Origin: an uncultured Gammaproteobacteria bacterium
GTDB lineage: Bacteria > Patescibacteriota > Microgenomatia > UBA10105 > UBA927
Direction of reading: 5' to 3'
DNA: 64,000 nucleotides
Assembly (NCBI GenBank): GCA_964361785.1
Contig: CAYIBX010000002.1
Coordinates: 21,160-85,159 of the forward strand
Position numbers and translations under genes: made by a program. The notes under the pieces are model-generated. The model had not been told where the DNA came from and did no database searches. It saw nothing but the letters and a program-made list of their open reading frames with translations. Every line of letters begins with the position of its first letter. The stretch's first letter is position 1. Below are positions 60,968 through 64,000 of this stretch, piece after piece.

Positions 60968-61924
60968 ATGAAACCATATTTGTCTGTCATTATTCCCTAT
61001 TATAATTCTCCAGAAAAGTTGGAGAGACTTCTTCTATCAATTGCGAAAAGTAAAAAGGCGCTGCCATATGAAATTATTATTGTCGATGACGGCTCAATAG
61101 AAAAATTTAAAACAAAACTAAAAATTATTCGACTTCCTCATAATAAAGGTCCGGCAATTGCAAGAAATAGAGGGGTAGAAGCGGCAAAGGGAGAGTTTGT
61201 CGTGTTTTTGGATGGTGATGTAGAGGTGTTTGCCGATACCCTTTGTGAGATCGGCAAAGTATTTACTGATGACCCTGATGTGGTGGCTCTAACCGGCGTA
61301 TGGGTGAAGGAGCAACAGTCCAAAGATTTTTTCCCCAACTTTAAAGCGCTTCGGGATTGGAGTTACTGGATAAACGAGCGGGATAAAAGTGGGTATTATT
61401 TTCTTTTCTCTACGCGCATTGCAGCGATTAAAAAGGCGGTGTTTTTGCGTTTGGGTGGGTTTGATGAGACGTATCCAGCTCCACTAGTAGAAGATATAGA
61501 GCTCACGTATAGAATTGCGCGTCGATACGCAATAATTTTTGCGCCACAAGTGCGGGTTCGGCATGAATTCGAGAGTTTCTGGCCGATAGCAAAGAAATAT
61601 TTCTTACGAGCATACTACTGGACTAAGCTGTATACGAAGCGTAAAAAATTTGATCCGGTCGCTACCACGCTTGCTGAGGCCTTAACGACTCTATCTGGTG
61701 TAGGGGTAGTCCTTGTGTTTATAGGTTATCTAAGTCACCTAAGATACCTAGGTTACCTATGGGCGGTAGTGTTGGTGTTCCACATCCTCCTCGTGCGGAA
61801 ATTTTTGGTCTTTGTCTATCACGAAAAAGGATTGGTATTTATGCTCAAAAGTTTTGTGATCGGACTTTTTCTTTACTGTTTTATCTTTTCAGGCGTTTTG
61901 ATGGGGAAAATCAAGAGCCGTTAG
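60968..61924 (+). CDS. GT2 glycosyltransferase with C-terminal TMs
   Basis: SVIIPYYN, VDDGS, GPAIARNRG, FLDGD and GGFDE...EDIEL. Confidence 0.9.
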   Translation: MKPYLSVIIPYYNSPEKLERLLLSIAKSKKALPYEIIIVDDGSIEKFKTKLKIIRLPHNKGPAIARNRGVEAAKGEFVVFLDGDVEVFADTLCEIGKVFTDDPDVVALTGVWVKEQQSKDFFPNFKALRDWSYWINERDKSGYYFLFSTRIAAIKKAVFLRLGGFDETYPAPLVEDIELTYRIARRYAIIFAPQVRVRHEFESFWPIAKKYFLRAYYWTKLYTKRKKFDPVATTLAEALTTLSGVGVVLVFIGYLSHLRYLGYLWAVVLVFHILLVRKFLVFVYHEKGLVFMLKSFVIGLFLYCFIFSGVLMGKIKSR

Positions 61925-63798
61925 CGTAAGGCGCTTTTTGGCGTGGGAGTGGGCTTAGGTACTTTGGATTTGATGGTTTCTAGCTCAGTTTTGATGCGAG
62001 GGAGATCTGGGTCTGTGTCTTTTAAGAGACTCACCACTTTTTGCATAGTACGTGCTGCATTTTCGTATTCACCGACAGATTCGAGTAATTTGGAGAGATT
62101 GTAATACGCTGCCGGATAATCAGGTTTCATCTGGATAGCGGTTTGGAATTCAGCGACTGCACGATTTACATACGCTGATTGTGCTTCTTTATCTTTCGAG
62201 TTTGTGGCAAGTTGCACTAGTACAGAACCAAATTCGGTTCGTAACGTTGGGTTACTTCTGTCTAGAGCGATAGCTTGTAGATATGCATTGAGTGCCATTT
62301 GATCAGCGTCTTTGGTAATAGAAAGAAGATTAGCATAGACGTTAGCAAGATATTGCCACGTGCGCGCATCATGCGGACGAAGTGTAGTAGCAGTGTTGCC
62401 TTCAGAGATAGCGAGTGAGACGAGTTGGTTTATTTGTTGTTTTTCAATATCCGTAAGGTCGGATTTTTGTAAGAGGTTTGTAGCCAACGAGAGATTGACC
62501 TGAGAAAAAGATATGTGATAGTTGGTCATGGTGGGAACCAGTTGTACGGCTTTGAGACTGTATTTATAGACGTTGGTAGCATCTTTTTCTGATAGAGCAT
62601 TTTGGGCCTTCTGCATAGCATATTCTGCGCGGACATATTGTGTAAGGTAATATCCACAGTAACCGATAGCAACAAGAAGGATAAGAGAGAGTATGTAGCT
62701 TGTATTTTTTGGGATTTCGGTAGGTTTATTTCCTTGTGCCGTCAGAAGGCCGAGCGACACAAAGAAAAGTAGATACATAGGTACAGACCCTGATGAAAAA
62801 AAGAAGGTGAGTATCGAAAGTATAAAAACGACATTTATCGGTGTAAATTTAGATTTACTTATACTCATTTGTTTAAATCCTATGGCGAAAAGATAAAAAA
62901 ATGTTGCTGTACCGAGTAACCCCATAGTGGTAATCCACTGAAAGATTTCAGTAGTAGCTGAACTAGGAAGCACATTCCAAAATGGTGTGGCGTTTAAAAA
63001 CATCGGTTTTGCTGCTGTGTAGAGTGTGGAGAAGTTGGCTATCCCGACGCCAAAAAAGACGTTGTGAGCGCTTTTTAGTGCGTCAAGTGTTATATTCCAA
63101 GAGGCGCTAAAGGGAAGAATTGTCGTAGAGATAAAACCTTCAGTCGTTAAAAGATACACATGGATCATTGCCGTACCTAGCGTGAGAACGCTACAGGCAA
63201 ACGTGAGATACTTAAAAAGAGAAGATTTTTGATCCTTTGCTTTTATGAAAGCAACGATACTTGCGATAGTCAGTATACTCACGGTGATAAGTGGACTGCC
63301 GGTTGGGGTAAAGCCTTTGTTTTGCATGAAGCTTGGTAGCATAGTTAAACGGTAAAGAACAGCGAGCTGCAACATGCCGTGGATAGAAAGAAGGACGGAC
63401 GAGGCTATGATAGCAGTGATACAGCGTGATACGAGTTTTGTGGATTGGGGAAGTAAACTTAGGCAAAAACTGAGCACAGACAGTGCAATCAAAAGCGAGC
63501 CTAAGCCGATGATACTTTCAGTTCTTCCTTCAGGATTGAGCGAGAGATTCGTGATGATTGCTCCTCCAAAAAGGACGAGAGGAAGGCGAAGCGGTGATAC
63601 GCTTACAGGGACCGTTTGGTGTAACAGCATATCAAGAGTAAGTCCCACGAGGAGTATGAGGGAAATGGCGATGATAAATAGTTGCTTTGGTGTACCAAAA
63701 AAGTTTGTAAAAACAGGGAGAAAAAGAAGGGGAGTAATAAAAAGGGTGAGGGGAGTAAGGAATTCAACCAGCGTAACGGTAATAGATTTATTTTGCAT
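61921..63798 (-). CDS. O-antigen ligase-like polytopic membrane protein with C-terminal TPRs
   Basis: About 12 TMs, FGVGIANF loop, TPR helices (AIQMKPDYPAAYYNL), PTPTP tail. Confidence 0.75.
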   Translation of the reverse strand: MQNKSITVTLVEFLTPLTLFITPLLFLPVFTNFFGTPKQLFIIAISLILLVGLTLDMLLHQTVPVSVSPLRLPLVLFGGAIITNLSLNPEGRTESIIGLGSLLIALSVLSFCLSLLPQSTKLVSRCITAIIASSVLLSIHGMLQLAVLYRLTMLPSFMQNKGFTPTGSPLITVSILTIASIVAFIKAKDQKSSLFKYLTFACSVLTLGTAMIHVYLLTTEGFISTTILPFSASWNITLDALKSAHNVFFGVGIANFSTLYTAAKPMFLNATPFWNVLPSSATTEIFQWITTMGLLGTATFFYLFAIGFKQMSISKSKFTPINVVFILSILTFFFSSGSVPMYLLFFVSLGLLTAQGNKPTEIPKNTSYILSLILLVAIGYCGYYLTQYVRAEYAMQKAQNALSEKDATNVYKYSLKAVQLVPTMTNYHISFSQVNLSLATNLLQKSDLTDIEKQQINQLVSLAISEGNTATTLRPHDARTWQYLANVYANLLSITKDADQMALNAYLQAIALDRSNPTLRTEFGSVLVQLATNSKDKEAQSAYVNRAVAEFQTAIQMKPDYPAAYYNLSKLLESVGEYENAARTMQKVVSLLKDTDPDLPRIKTELETIKSKVPKPTPTPKSALR

Positions 63799-64000
63799 GC
63801 CTGTTTTATCGTACAGAGAATACGAAAAAAACACAACATCTTTATCCACCCCGTCAACGATTCAGCTTTTTGGTCGTAAACTGGTACTATGTTTGAACGA
63901 AATATTGAAAAATCCTTAAAACATAAACGTTAAATTGTAGGTCTTATTGTAGGTCATATAAATCAGCTTGTTCGTATATCGTCGGGAATGAAGCTTAATT

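Overview
The window has two parts. (1) 210-40616 is one uninterrupted 40.4 kb ORF (13,468 aa). It starts with a pilin-like GF/hydrophobic N-terminus, a paired-Cys region and hydrophobic hairpins. It carries TWO embedded SecA-type ATPase motors, the second a nearly complete SecA including the two-helix-finger region. It also carries many effector-like domains: three HExxH metallopeptidases, a phospho-Ser/Thr lyase-like domain, two kinase-like domains, two GNATs, beta-lactamase-fold, VanW-like, transglutaminase-like, JAB/MPN-like, tandem degenerate GGDEF and possibly FHA. Recurrent linker motifs separate several of these modules. My best reading, which is inference, is a motor-carrying, MARTX-like effector polyprotein. 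(2) 40.7-64 kb holds a RelE/RHH toxin-antitoxin pair and a surface-glycosylation island: about 9 GT-C/YfhO-type membrane proteins, two GT2s, an RmlC-like cupin, a methyltransferase, an acyltransferase and an O-antigen-ligase-like/TPR protein. Genes in this island contain many short 9-bp and 7-bp degenerate tandem repeats, and several appear to be transcribed leaderless. The gene style suggests a Patescibacteria/CPR (Microgenomates-like) genome using genetic code 11 (inference). All domain calls come from reading motifs by eye, not from HMM searches, and domain boundaries are approximate.
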